Below are positions 44,901-57,227 of a stretch of 64,000 nucleotides of DNA, one piece after another. The position numbers and the translations under genes are program-made. The DNA is from Eledone cirrhosa. Taxonomy: Eukaryota. Numbering within the stretch: the first letter of the stretch is position 1; the number at the start of each line of letters is the position of its first letter. The stretch spans positions 25,916,001 to 25,980,000 of the forward strand of contig OZ024760.1 in NCBI GenBank assembly GCA_964016885.1. Reading direction: 5' to 3'. The notes beneath the pieces were generated by a model. It saw nothing but the letters and a program-made list of their open reading frames with translations, was not told the origin of the DNA and ran no database searches.

Positions 44901-45404
44901 ATTATACCATAGAACCTTCTCTGTAGGAAATTCCTTTAATATACAAAAAAGGAAGCTTATACACAATTAACCATAAATGGAAATCAATGAAAAGTTGAAG
45001 TTAAATAAGTCACCACCATTCTCCATCGAATTCCTCGATAATGCAATCAAAGAATTGTCAAACATCGAAGCCGCAGGTTGTGATGGCATCTTATCTGAAG
45101 TTTTGTAAAATCGTGCAAACAACTCTGCTAGATTTATTGATAATCTTAGTCAAAATCCTCGTCGGTTCAATCTAACGAACGTCGAAAAATCATGGAAGAA
45201 TTTTAAAGATGCTTCTGGTATTGACGGCAGTCTTTTTTTTATTTATCAGTACAATCGTAAAACATTGTAACAGTGCGTCTAGAGGCCATGTTTGCTATTT
45301 TGCTATTACAAGTATCTCTACTGCTATCAATGTTGAAAGTGATATTAACTCATGCCATATTGATGTTTCAGAAAGATGTTGGATAAAGCAAGATATCTAG
45401 ACGA

Positions 45405-45459
<55 letters not shown>

Positions 45460-45820
45460 TACATGCACACACACGCTTTTATGACCCCAACCAGGAGTTA
45501 GGGATCCACACACACATCTCCCTCGAAAAGAGATAGACACACACACACACACACACTATATATATATATATATATATATATAATAAAATGTGGAGAAGGA
45601 ACACACGAGTTGGAATATATATATATATAAAATATTTAAAAAATAATGAATAAAACATTGTTTTATTCATTATTTTTTTTATATTTTATCTTGACTCTGT
45701 ATTCCGTTTATCTTTCACCGAAAGTGATTTTTGAATGCATCTCTTCTTTCCATGATATCCGGATTACATTGAGTTCTTCATACGGATTGGACACTACCGT
45801 AAACTTTTGGTAGATTTATC

Positions 45821-45857
<37 letters not shown>

Positions 45858-46523
45858 TTATATGAAAATAGGGAGAAAAAGACGATTATTAGGAAGAAAA
45901 ATATTTTTTTTCCCTTTTATTTTTTGCTCCTTTTTCTGGGTTGGAAAATGTTTAAAACAAAATATTTTACTTTGTGTGAAGTGTTAAGGTATTAGTTAAT
46001 TTATTTATTAATTAACAATGGCATTTATTTATATATTTATATATTTAATAATTGTCTATTACCGGTTTCAGCATTTTATGCATTATCATAGAGGGGAATT
46101 TGTATTGGTGTAAAATGTTGGAGAGAAGATAATGTGATGTTGAACATGTTAAGGAAATAGGGAAGAAAGAATAATGTTATTTACAAACAAGGTTTTTGAA
46201 GTGAAAAGAAAAAAGAAAAAAAAAGGGGGTGATGTGGAACATAAGGTAATGGGAAAGAAAAAATAATATTATTTACAGGCATAGTTCTTGAAGATAAGCA
46301 GTTCAAAATGTGTTATTATGGCAAGAGCGCTTAGCTGATCTTTGATGGAGGCAAATGGTAGTCTGACTACCATTTGTTAATTAATAAATAAATTAACTAA
46401 TACCTTAACACTTCACACAAAGTAGAATATTTTGTTTTAAACATTTTCTAACCCAGAAAAAAGAGAAAAAATAAAAGGGAAAAAAGATATTTTTCTTCCT
46501 AATAACCGTCTTTTTCTCCCTAT

Positions 46524-46532
<9 letters not shown>
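45858..46532. repeat. Inverted repeat, ~160-bp arms, flanked by TA tracts
   Basis: tatgaaaatagggagaaaaagacg...attaacaatg versus catttgttaat...cgtctttttctccctattttcata. Confidence 0.9.
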
Positions 46533-46559
<27 letters not shown>

Positions 46560-46613
46560 GAATTGGTAGTTTGCTTGAAGCATTGTATAGTGAGGTATAA
46601 ACGTTAGAAGTTA

Positions 46614-47120
46614 GAATATAAAAGAAAGATAAACACAGATATATACATATATGTGTTCAAATCGTAAGGGACCAAATTCGCTATGGTGGTCCCTTACTCT
46701 TTGAACACATATATGTTTATATATGTGTTTATCTCTCTTTTACATTCAATTATATATATATATGTGTGTGTGTATATTTATTAAAATAACAGATTAAAGT
46801 TTAAGCAAAGAATCGCTGCTTTCACCCTTTTAATAAACATTTGCTCTACGGTTCTTATATATTTGATATATATTTATCCTTATCGAGCCCTCTTTGGATT
46901 TTAGTCTTCAAATTTATTATTACTATATATATGTATATATATATATACATATATATAAACGTTATAAGTTAGAAGGCCAGAACAATGCAGGTTTGGAGAT
47001 AGAATATAAATGCAAAGGATATATGAATAAATTAAAGTAAAAGAATAATTGTTAGCGCTGTATTTTGCATTTATATTCTATCTCCAAACATGCATTTTTC
47101 TAGCCTTCTAACTTATAACG

Positions 47121-47158
<38 letters not shown>

Positions 47159-47473
47159 TATAGTAATAATAATAAATTTGAAGACTAAAATCCAAAGAGG
47201 GCTCGATAAGGATAAATATATATCAAATATATAAGAACCGTAGAGCAAATGTTTATTAAAAGGGTGAAAGCAGTGATTCTTTGCTTAAACTTTAATCTGT
47301 TATTTTAATAAATATACACACACACATATATATATATAATTGAATGTAAAAGAGAGATAAACACATATATAAACATATATGTGTTCAAAGAGTAAGGGAC
47401 CACCATAGCGAATTTGGTCCCTTACGATTTGAACACATATGTATATATCTGTGTTTATCTTTCTTTTATGTTC
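46614..47473. repeat. ~860-bp composite inverted repeat (~400-bp arms, ~47-bp spacer)
   Basis: Three distinct modules plus their intervening TA/TG tracts are mirrored around 47017-47063. Confidence 0.92.
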
Positions 47474-47580
47474 AATTATATTACACGGCTCAGTAAAACC
47501 TCTTTCTTTGAGCTATGTAATTGTAAGGGACTATTTTTAGTTTCTAACTCAAAATATACATTTGATATATATATATATAT

Positions 47581-48400
47581 AAACGGAAAAAATGAAACGA
47601 AATTTCATTTCCCACTCTTAGTACGGCTGTTGCTTAAACATAAGTATGTACACGTACATACATATATGTATACAGACGTACAGTAGTATGTATATATATA
47701 TACATACATGCACACATATATATATATATATGTACGTATGGATTCACCGAACATTTATTATAATGCTCGGTGTGTTTGTAAACAAACATCACGTATTAAG
47801 CCGTAGTGTCCAGCAACCATCGTTGCTCGTTTGTTCAACACTGACAAAGGAACGTTGTACTAGTTTCAAGCTTATTAACTATCGTCAGCAACGTATACCT
47901 TCCTGCCAGATTGTTGAACGTATATACTTACCTTATGCATATTAACGGCTGAGTAGTACGTCTGTATACATATATGTATACATATATGTATGTACGTGTA
48001 CATACTTATGTTTAAGTAACAGCCATACTAAGAGTGGGAAATGAAATTTCGTTTCATTTTTTCCGTTTATCGTTTTCGGTGCACCCGGCCGATTAACCCA
48101 CTCGATATGCAAATTGGGCTACTCAGCCGTTAATATGCATAAGGTAAGTATATACGTTCCACAATCTGGCAGGAAGGTATACGTTGCTGACGATAGCTAA
48201 TAAGCTTGAAACTAGTACAGCGTTCCTTTGTCAGTGTTGAACAAACGAGCAACGATGGTTGCTGGACACTACGGCTTAATACGGGATGTTTGTTTACAAA
48301 CACACCGAGCATTATAATAAATGTTCGGTGAATCCATACGCACATATATATATATATATATGTGTGTGCATGTATATATATATATACATACTACTGTAGA
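47581..48400. repeat. Interleaved double inverted repeat (A-B-A'-x-B')
   Basis: 47581-47681 pairs with 47956-48068; 47682-47956 pairs with 48119-48398. A related copy lies at 41800-42075. Confidence 0.85.
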
Positions 48401-48415
48401 CATATATGTATGTAC

Positions 48416-48460
<45 letters not shown>

Positions 48461-48612
48461 GTATAGTATTTTCCTATATGTAGTAATGGTTAATTACTAC
48501 ACTGGATATGGTTGATGTACGGTGAGAGGTTACTCTACGAGTTATGGAAGAATTGTTGAAGAAACTTAGTTCCTGATCCTTCTGTATTCCGGAGTGTATA
48601 TAAAGAATGAAT

Positions 48613-48799
48613 AATTGTTTCTACTTTTGGCACAAGGCCAGCAATTACCCAGTGCATTACTGGTACTTTATTTTATCGACCCCGTAAGGATGGAAGGCAA
48701 AGTCAACCTCGGCGGGATTTGAACTCAGATCGTAAAGGGACGTAACTATGCAGGAAAGCATGGCGTCCGACCCTCTACCGATGCTGCCAATCCACCGCC
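48613..48799 (-). mobile_element. Family A SINE
   Basis: Reverse complement of the family A consensus; taaagaatgaataat is duplicated on both sides. Confidence 0.9.
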
Positions 48800-48979
48800 T
48801 TGTACGTGTATAAAGAATGAATAATAACAGGTAGACATCATAAAACTGTATTCAGACCTGGAGAGGAAATAGTTTCCGCCAAGTTTTAAATGCCCAAGAC
48901 CTGTTGTATGTTACTAGGGCGCTCTTACGACCCCCACCAAGATTTAGGGACCCATATATACATATATATATATTTAAAG

Positions 48980-49761
48980 AATGAATAATAACAGGTAGAC
49001 ATCATAAAAGGGTAATTTATTCCGTGTGCTTACAAATGTTTCCACGGTGGTAATACAGCCTAGTTATGCTATGTGGAAATTTACAACTATTTGCAGAACT
49101 CAAATATCAAATGGTGTGACGACAGTATCCTCAGAGGTCCTGGATTCTAACTCTACATTTGTCACTGTTAATAGTTATTTCTCCAAAGTTACTCATACAT
49201 TTAATCTTGTATGTCATTTGTACGTATATGCTGAATATTTATGTCATTCTGTCCTAGAAACATATTATTAAAATATTATTCTTATCTTTAACTTATACAA
49301 ATCATTAATTTACCAAAATGCAAATCTCCCAGTTTGTGTGATTGTTCATATATCCAGTAATCCTGGTATATATGGCATACCAAACCTGGACTCCCAAAAT
49401 GAAAGATATTCAATGCCATTGCTGTCATTATTGATAGCACTGGCCACTAGTTAAATAAATTACAGGAAAAAATAATGTTTAGTTTTTATGGCAATTTCAC
49501 TGAAGCATATATGAGCAGTATTAATAAATGGAACCTGTGATATATGTGATTCAAGTACTGAAGCAATACTGTAGTACGAAAAATGAGGGTATGACTTATT
49601 TACTGCTCTGAGGATACAGTGGTCACAGCATTTGATATTTGAGTTCTGCAAATAGTTGTAAATTTGCACATAGCATAACTAGGCTGTATTACCACCGTGG
49701 AAACATTTGAAAGCACACGGAATAAATTACCTTTTTATGATGTCTACCTGTTATTATTCAT
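48980..49761. repeat. Inverted repeat, ~155-bp arms, ~470-bp spacer
   Basis: 48980-49136 is the reverse complement of 49606-49761. Confidence 0.92.
49604..49715 (+). ncRNA. Type I hammerhead with ~85-nt extended stem II (mirror copy on minus strand ~49027-49138)
   Basis: TGCT-CTGAGGA-TACAGTGGT..ACAGC...GCTGT..ACCACCGTG-GAAA-C(ATTT)G-AA-AGCA. The minus copy retains GUA at the cleavage site. Confidence 0.6.
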
Positions 49762-50214
49762 AACACGCTCGCAAAATTAATATATATATATATATATATA
49801 TTAAAATAACAGATTAAAGTTTAAGCAAAGAATCGCTGCTTTCACCCTTAACGGGATTTTCTGAAATATTTGCTCTACGGTTCTTATATATTTGATATAT
49901 ATTTAACCTTATCGAGCCCTCTTTGGATTTTAGTCTTCAAATTTATTATTATTACTATATATATCTATATATATATATATATATGTGTATAAAAGAAAAA
50001 ATAACTAGGTATGATCTCAGCCAATATGGAACCTTTTACTGCGTTTCTCCGACATTTAAACGTGGCAGAGCCCATCCCCTTTCCAGAACTGAACACAGCC
50101 AATTTCATCTTCTTCTTAGAGAGAAAGAGAGAGAATGAATTGACTGGTATTTTTCTGTCGACGTCCACCGGTGTAAATCTAAAGTCTGTTTGAAGCCAGA
50201 AGGCTCGTTAGGTT

Positions 50215-50460
50215 GATGTTTATCCGGGTTTCATGGCCTGAAGCGACTGAAAGTACAAGACTCGCCCCTGGACAGGATGCCAGTTAATCGCACGGTTAAA
50301 CCCCCAGCTATTACTGGGACTCATTTTCAGCTGAGAATACTGGATCAATGTGAAATGAAGTGTTTTACTCAAGAACGCAACATACAACCCAGCACAGGAA
50401 TCGAACCCACGAGATTATGATAGTAAGTCCAACACCCTTACCACTGGGCCATGTGCCGCC
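50215..50460 (-). mobile_element. Family B-like SINE
   Basis: Minus strand reads ggcacatggcccagtggtaag...gggttcgattcc...tcttgagtaaaacactt; its 3' part is similar to 20378-20450. Confidence 0.7.
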
Positions 50461-50794
50461 ACAGGATGAGAGGCAAATCTGACAATGACGAGATTTGAAC
50501 TCAGAGCACAGATGTGGTTGTAATGGCGGTGTGTCTCCAATGCCAAGCATGTGGAGCCTGAGAGATAACCCAGGGCTATTCCCTCCTACAGAGGAGATTG
50601 GTTGCCCCTTACATAAAGGAAAATAGTCGAAGGTACCTAGATGCGAATGGGAAAGTGTCATATATATATATAATAAATTTAATATAGAAATGGCTTCTAC
50701 ACGACTAGAGGTGTTTCATTCGAAAGAAATCAACAGGAAACCTATATTACAATGACAGTTTTCCAGATATGTATATATATATATATATATAAAA

Positions 50795-51224
50795 TAAAGT
50801 AAAATAAAGTCAAATGTTTAAAATATAGCTTCGTTTATTACTGCTATATATATTTCGGTGACAGCCATCTTTGGCTGTGACCTCTTCAGGCAGTCCGAAT
50901 TAGTGTGGTATAGACAAGTACATATGTTGTTGAGGTGTATAATTTTGTCAATACTCTGATATGTCCAGTTCCTGGTTGGGTTGTTATTTCACTGAGGAAC
51001 TGGAATCATATGATTCCAGTTCCTCAGTGAAATAACAACCCAACCAGGAACTGGACATATCAGAGTATTGACAAAATTATACACCTCAACAACATATGTA
51101 CTTGTCTATACCACACTAATTCGGACTGCCTGAAGAGGTCACAGCCAAAGATGGCCGTCACCGAAATATATATAGCAGTAATAAACGAAGCTAAATTTTA
51201 AACATTTGACTTTATTTTACTTTA
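50795..51224. repeat. 430-bp spacer-less palindrome
   Basis: Centre ggaatcat|atgattcc (51009/51010); only ~2 arm mismatches seen. Confidence 0.95.
51125..51179 (+). ncRNA. Minimal type I hammerhead ribozyme (mirror copy on minus strand 50840-50894)
   Basis: ACTGC-CTGAAGA-GGTcACAGCCA(AAGA)TGGCyGTcACC-GAAA-T(ATAT)A-TA-GCAGT; all core nucleotides intact. Confidence 0.82.
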
Positions 51225-51888
51225 CTCCGGAGTAACCAAACCAACCTGCGCACTTCGTCGAGTGCTCCAGCCTGCATACTGAGGTGTTGGTATACAACCA
51301 ACATATACTCAAAATCTCTCTCTATATATATATATATAAATGTAATCTGAGTTTTTCGAATATTATTAATAATATTCGATTCGTTTGGAATTATGCAAAC
51401 AAGCTTCATTTTTAAAGCCATGTCAGTAAAATGAGCCCCTCATTCTTGCTCTTATGTTGGGATATAAACAGAACTGCAACATTTTATATACATATATATA
51501 TATATATATATTCGGAATACAAAGATGCAATTCATTTCTAGTACTCAACGTCATATTACTTCCAAAAACAAGTATAACGGAGTATATTAATAAAGAGGAG
51601 AATGCGAAGTTGAAGATGTTAGATTCCTTTATTAATTGTGGCGTTATACATATTTCAATGAGGATAGATATAGTGATTTTAATCCGCCCTCTTCCACCCA
51701 AAATTGCCACGGAAATGTTACCTATTAATCAATTTTTGCTGCCTGAAGAAATCACGATATCTATCGCCATTGATTTCATATATATATATATAAAGCCATT
51801 TCTATATTAAATTTGTTTATTTACACTCTACTAATTTAGAGAGTACCGTACTTAATATGGTTACCCCCGATTGAACCCAGGACTCACG

Positions 51889-51927
<39 letters not shown>

Positions 51928-52551
51928 CAACTAGAAATTGATTAACATATAAATAAACATAAGAAACAATCACAGGGGATAATAAGATTAATCATCTTAT
52001 AAGGTATCTATTTTTGAAGTTCTAGTTAGCTAGGTAGGTGACTAAATAAAGTTATGTGTGCTTACACACTTGTAAAAATTATCCCCTGTAATTGTTTCAT
52101 ATGTTTATTTATATGTTAATTTCTAGTTGTTATAAAATGCTCGGACCTATTCATTAGAATCTTAGAGCTTATTTTACGGGTGATATGGCCCATGCATTTC
52201 TGGCATGACACCCATAATTTTTAATTTTGATTTCGATTAAATTCATTTTGCTTTATCTTAATTTTGGATATATATATATATATTATATAATATATATATA
52301 TATATATATTATATAATATATATATATATGCAGAGACGGGTTCGATCTGTAATAGATCTTGCCTCGAGCTGATCAACGGAGAAACATGTGTAATATGGTA
52401 ATAGATTGTGATTTGATGCAACACTGATTCCTCGTTCTTTGTAATATTATACTCTGCATGAGCCACGATGCTCAACCGGCATACCACCTACGGACGCATG
52501 TATTGCAACCATACAACTATATATATTTTTATATATATATATATATATATA

Positions 52552-53109
52552 CAGAGGTTGGACAAAATAATGGAAACACCTAGCATCATAGCATAATAAT
52601 TTTGAAATATCTATAAAACCGTCAAAAGCTTGTTTATTTTTATTGTTCTCGGGGTGGTCATTAAGCTCTGCAGTAATTTTGGGAGCTGTAATTTTGTGAT
52701 CCTTTCTAACAATTCGCGTAAGAGTCCGAAGGTCCCTATCTGAAAGTTTTGGTTTTCTTCCGGAGTTTTGTTTCGACGAGGAGGTTTTCTCCTCTTTCTC
52801 AAAGGCTGTCATTACTTTCGAGACAGTACTTCTTGATACACCAAACATTTCGGCTGTTTTCGTTACGCTAGCGCCTGCCATACGAGCACCAACAATTTGA
52901 CCTCTTTGAAAGTCCGATAGATCTGTCATTTTAATGAATTTTAATTACCCTTTTCTGATGATATCTGAAGAGAAACAGCAATTTTAACAAAACATTAAAC
53001 AATACTAATAATAAATCAAAAAACATAAAAAATAAACAAGCTATTGACAGTTTTATAGATATTTCAAAATTATGATGCTAGGTGTTTCCATTATTTTGTC
53101 CAACCCCTA
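52552..53109 (-). mobile_element. Internally deleted Tc1-family DNA transposon with ~95-bp TIRs, in a TA tract
   Basis: TIRs cagaggttggacaaaataatggaaacacctagcatcat... and ...atgatgctaggtgtttccattattttgtccaacccct. ORF 52929 to ~52655 encodes only the paired-like HTH (LSDFQRGQIVG...GVSRSTVS...GRKPKLSDRD); no DDE domain. Confidence 0.92.
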
Positions 53110-54224
53110 TATATATATATATATATTATATATATATATATATAATAGTATTGAAATTTGCTTGAAGCATTGTGGAATAATAAAATTGATTGTTTTGGAA
53201 GCCTCAACAATGCAGATGGGTAAATCTCCGGATAACAGAATCAGGTGGTAATGAAAGAGATGTAAGAGGAAACGTAGAGGGTGTAGAGGAACATAGGAAA
53301 GAGTGTAAAAATAACACGAGATAGAGTTACGTTGGAAGTGATTTAAGTGTCCCTATATTTCGGATTTCGCATATATATAAAGGTGATTCGGTAGATTTGT
53401 CGTTTACCGAGGAAGGTATCAAGACGCTATAGCAGAATTTATACATTTAAAACAACAAAACGTGGTTTCACAATGAGGGTTTAATTCGGCTCAATTACGA
53501 ATGTTTCACAGATGGGTACCTGAAGACCCGTAGTTGTGTTATAGACTCGACTCAAGCCCATCAGACTTGTTAATCAAGAAAAATTAGAATCCCATTATCG
53601 TTTTGCTTCATTAACAAATCTGATGAGTCGATTAAGTCTTCATTGGGGTCTACACAGACGTCTGAAATCGGTCATCAGAATGAAATTTATTTCAAGTGGA
53701 TGTAAGATATATATATATATATATATATGAAAGACGTAAAATAAGAAAATTATAAAAATTAACTTACTAAAATTTCACTCCAACTAATTAGTTTCTGAAA
53801 GAGAATAAACATGGTTTTCGAATGGAACGCATGGAGAAAACCTTTCGTCATCAGGAACTCTGTTCTCAGCTAAATTCCCAGGCGATGCGTAGACACAGGG
53901 AACTTATACAAAAATAATTCAGCGGATGGAAAAAAAGCAAGCGTGGACTAAATTCCAAGACATTGGAGAAAAGAAAGAAAAAAAAAAAAAAAAAAAAAAA
54001 AATCACTGCTATATATATATAGCCATCATTTCAATGTACGCAATACATCATTTCAATATACACAATATATATGTGTATATATTTATATCGATGTTGTTCG
54101 GTGCGAGCGTGTTTATATTTGTAGAAGTAAAAAAAAGAAACATCTAGACAGCAGATAGTTTGTAACCAAATTCATTACAGAGAGATTATAGAGGATAGAA
54201 TCTTTTTTAAAAAAAACTATCTTC

Positions 54225-54260
<36 letters not shown>

Positions 54261-54275
54261 GCGTATGTATGTATG

Positions 54276-54310
<35 letters not shown>

Positions 54311-54330
54311 ATATATTTATGTGTGCGCGT

Positions 54331-54505
54331 TGCAGTATCGGTAGAGGGTTGAACGCCATGCTTTCTAGCATAGTTACGTCCCTTTACAGTCTGAGGTCAA
54401 ATCCCGCCGAGGTTAACTTTGCCTTTCATACTTACGGGGTCGATAAAATAAAGTACCAGTAATGCACTGGGTAATTGCTGGCCTTGTGCCTAAAGTAGAA
54501 ACAAT
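54331..54505 (+). mobile_element. Family A SINE
   Basis: Matches the family consensus. Confidence 0.88.
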
Positions 54506-54512
54506 ATATTTA

Positions 54513-54548
<36 letters not shown>

Positions 54549-54583
54549 GCGTCTGTATTTATGTTCATATATATGTATGTATG

Positions 54584-54689
54584 TATTAGGTTGTAACATA
54601 ACTTCCTGTCGTTATTATAATACTTCTTAATAAAAAAAAAAGTGGCGTCGGGAGAGGGGGGGGGGGGGTATTTATGTTACAACCCAATA
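54584..54689. mobile_element. Tiny mariner-like MITE
   Basis: TIRs tattaggttgtaacataa / ttatgttacaacccaata with TA ends; ~105 bp. Confidence 0.65.
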
Positions 54690-54969
54690 CATACATGTGT
54701 GCGTGCATACGTATATAAACATATATATATATAGACATATACACACACATTCGCATATATACACAAATAGATATGCACGTGAATGTGTTTATATGTTTAC
54801 ATGTGTGTATATATGTATATATGCGTAGAATGTGGGGGGGGGGGGGGGGTATGTTTGTAAAAATTAAAAACTAACAGATAAAGTAATAGACCTAATTAAA
54901 TTCGGTGTGTGTGTGTGAAACAATGTCACGTGCATGTGTACATATGTATGTATATACACACATATATAT

Positions 54970-55001
<32 letters not shown>

Positions 55002-55234
55002 ACATACATATATATACACACACATATATATACACACACATATATATACACACACATACATATACACACATATATATATACACATATATATATACACACA
55101 TATACATATATATACACATACATATATATACACACATATACAGAGAGAAAAACAATGAAAGAGTGAGAGATTGAGCGAGAGAGAGAGACAGAGAAACAAT
55201 GAGAGAGAGGGTGAGAAAAGGACTGAGAAACAGT

Positions 55235-55363
55235 GAGAGAAGTTTACTTATATATTCCAATACCCCCCCCCCCCCCTTATTCTACTAGCAACAGTTTCTA
55301 TCTCTTTTTCTCAGTCTCTTTCTCACCCTCTCTCATTGTACGTATAGATATGTGTATGTATGC

Positions 55364-55430
<67 letters not shown>

Positions 55431-55546
55431 GAGAGAGAAATTTACTTATATATTTCATTACCCACCCCCCTTACTCTACTAGCAACAATTTCTCCCTTTT
55501 TCTCACTCTCGTTGTTACTCTCATTGTATGTATAGATGTGTGTATG

Positions 55547-55588
<42 letters not shown>

Positions 55589-55660
55589 CACAGAGAAATT
55601 TACTTATATATTTCATTACCACCACCCCACCCACCCCTTACTCTACTAGCAACAGTTTTA
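55235..55660. repeat. Three tandem 160-200-bp units
   Basis: gagaaatttacttatatatt...tctactagcaaca recurs three times. Confidence 0.8.
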
Positions 55661-56551
55661 GTTCCCTAGAATTACCAGACAGCTTCAGTTGCCTCGAAGC
55701 CTTTGTTGCATTTCTATAGTTGCCTCATGCTATTCCACATGGTTCCTGCTGGTAGTTTGTGGGCTGTGTGGGTGTGTGTGTGTGCGTGTGTTTTGTTTGT
55801 GTCTGTGTGCATGCATGTGTCTGTGTGCGGGCCTGTGCGTGTGCGTATTCTGTGTTTTGTTTGTGTGGAGTTTTTTTCTGATTTTTTTTTTTTTTTTTTT
55901 TTTGTAATTTTTTATATCTTGGAGAAACCTTCCGAGCAGTGATTTTACCAATTAGTAAAAGGAATACTGCAATCAATATATCAGAATTGAATTTAGCAAT
56001 AATTCAGTTTGCTGTGTATGGTGTTTAGTTACTAGTTGTTTTCTAACATTTTCCCTCATATCAGTCTATAAATTGTAATTTTTACAGTTTTCTTTTTTAA
56101 TTATATATATATATATAATTTATATATATAATTTATATATATATATTATTTTTGTAGGGTTACATAGATGATGATGGCGGGCGGTAGCGGTGAGATAGTA
56201 GAGAATTAATGTTAAGTTTGCTTTATGTAGTTTTATGTATGCGGAAGTTTATGAGTGTTTGTTGCTTATGTTGTTATCAGGGTTTAGTGTTGTTGGGAGA
56301 GAGTTTCTTTAGAGGGAGGGTTTATATATATATATAATTTTTTTTATTGCGAGACAAACATTACGAAGAGTATATCTTTTTATTGTTTTTTGTTTACGAT
56401 CTATTCACAAATCGATTCTGATAAGCTATCTATCTATATATACACACATACATACTCTACGCATCCCATATTTTCGTACACGCGTTCATATATATATATA
56501 TAAAGGAGATACAGCCTAGGCAGCTCGGAAGGCAAAGCAGGATACGTCGTT

Positions 56552-56592
<41 letters not shown>

Positions 56593-57189
56593 CCTATATA
56601 TTTACACGTACATATATTCACAGATTACATACACATATACATATATGTACATTGTATGTAATATATATATATATATAATATATACATACATAAACATATA
56701 TATTTACAGACGTATATATACACATATCTATAAACACATACACATATTCGGCCTCAATTTACTAGGAAGGGTTTAAAATACTGCAAGGGTCCGATGAAAC
56801 ACTCAAAGATATTTCAATATTTCAACCATCTTTAACTTTGCTGCCAATTCGCTAATAATGATATGAAAAAAAAAAAAAAAAAAAAAAAACAACTAAAATA
56901 TTAATTTACATATTTATTGACAGGTTTATTATTTCACAAAAAATGTCCCACCTTGATTGAATTTAGTTTTGGCGAGGTGTTTTTGTTCGTGTTCCACGAA
57001 AATTTATTTAATATCGGCCATTTTTCCACTCCTGAGAGTTCAGTCGATTGAATGGTGTCACGTGGTTTAAATGGTAAGACCCGTATGTTAATTAACATAT
57101 CACTGAGAATCAGAGAAAAATCATTGTACATGGACCATCTCTAGCGCCATGTATCACAGCCACTAAATATATATACATTATATATATAT

Positions 57190-57196
57190 ATATAAA

Positions 57197-57227
<31 letters not shown>

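Noticed and set aside
55655-55760. Possible small host exon
   Set aside because: Stops or unrecognisable peptide in the candidate frames; splice sites are weak.
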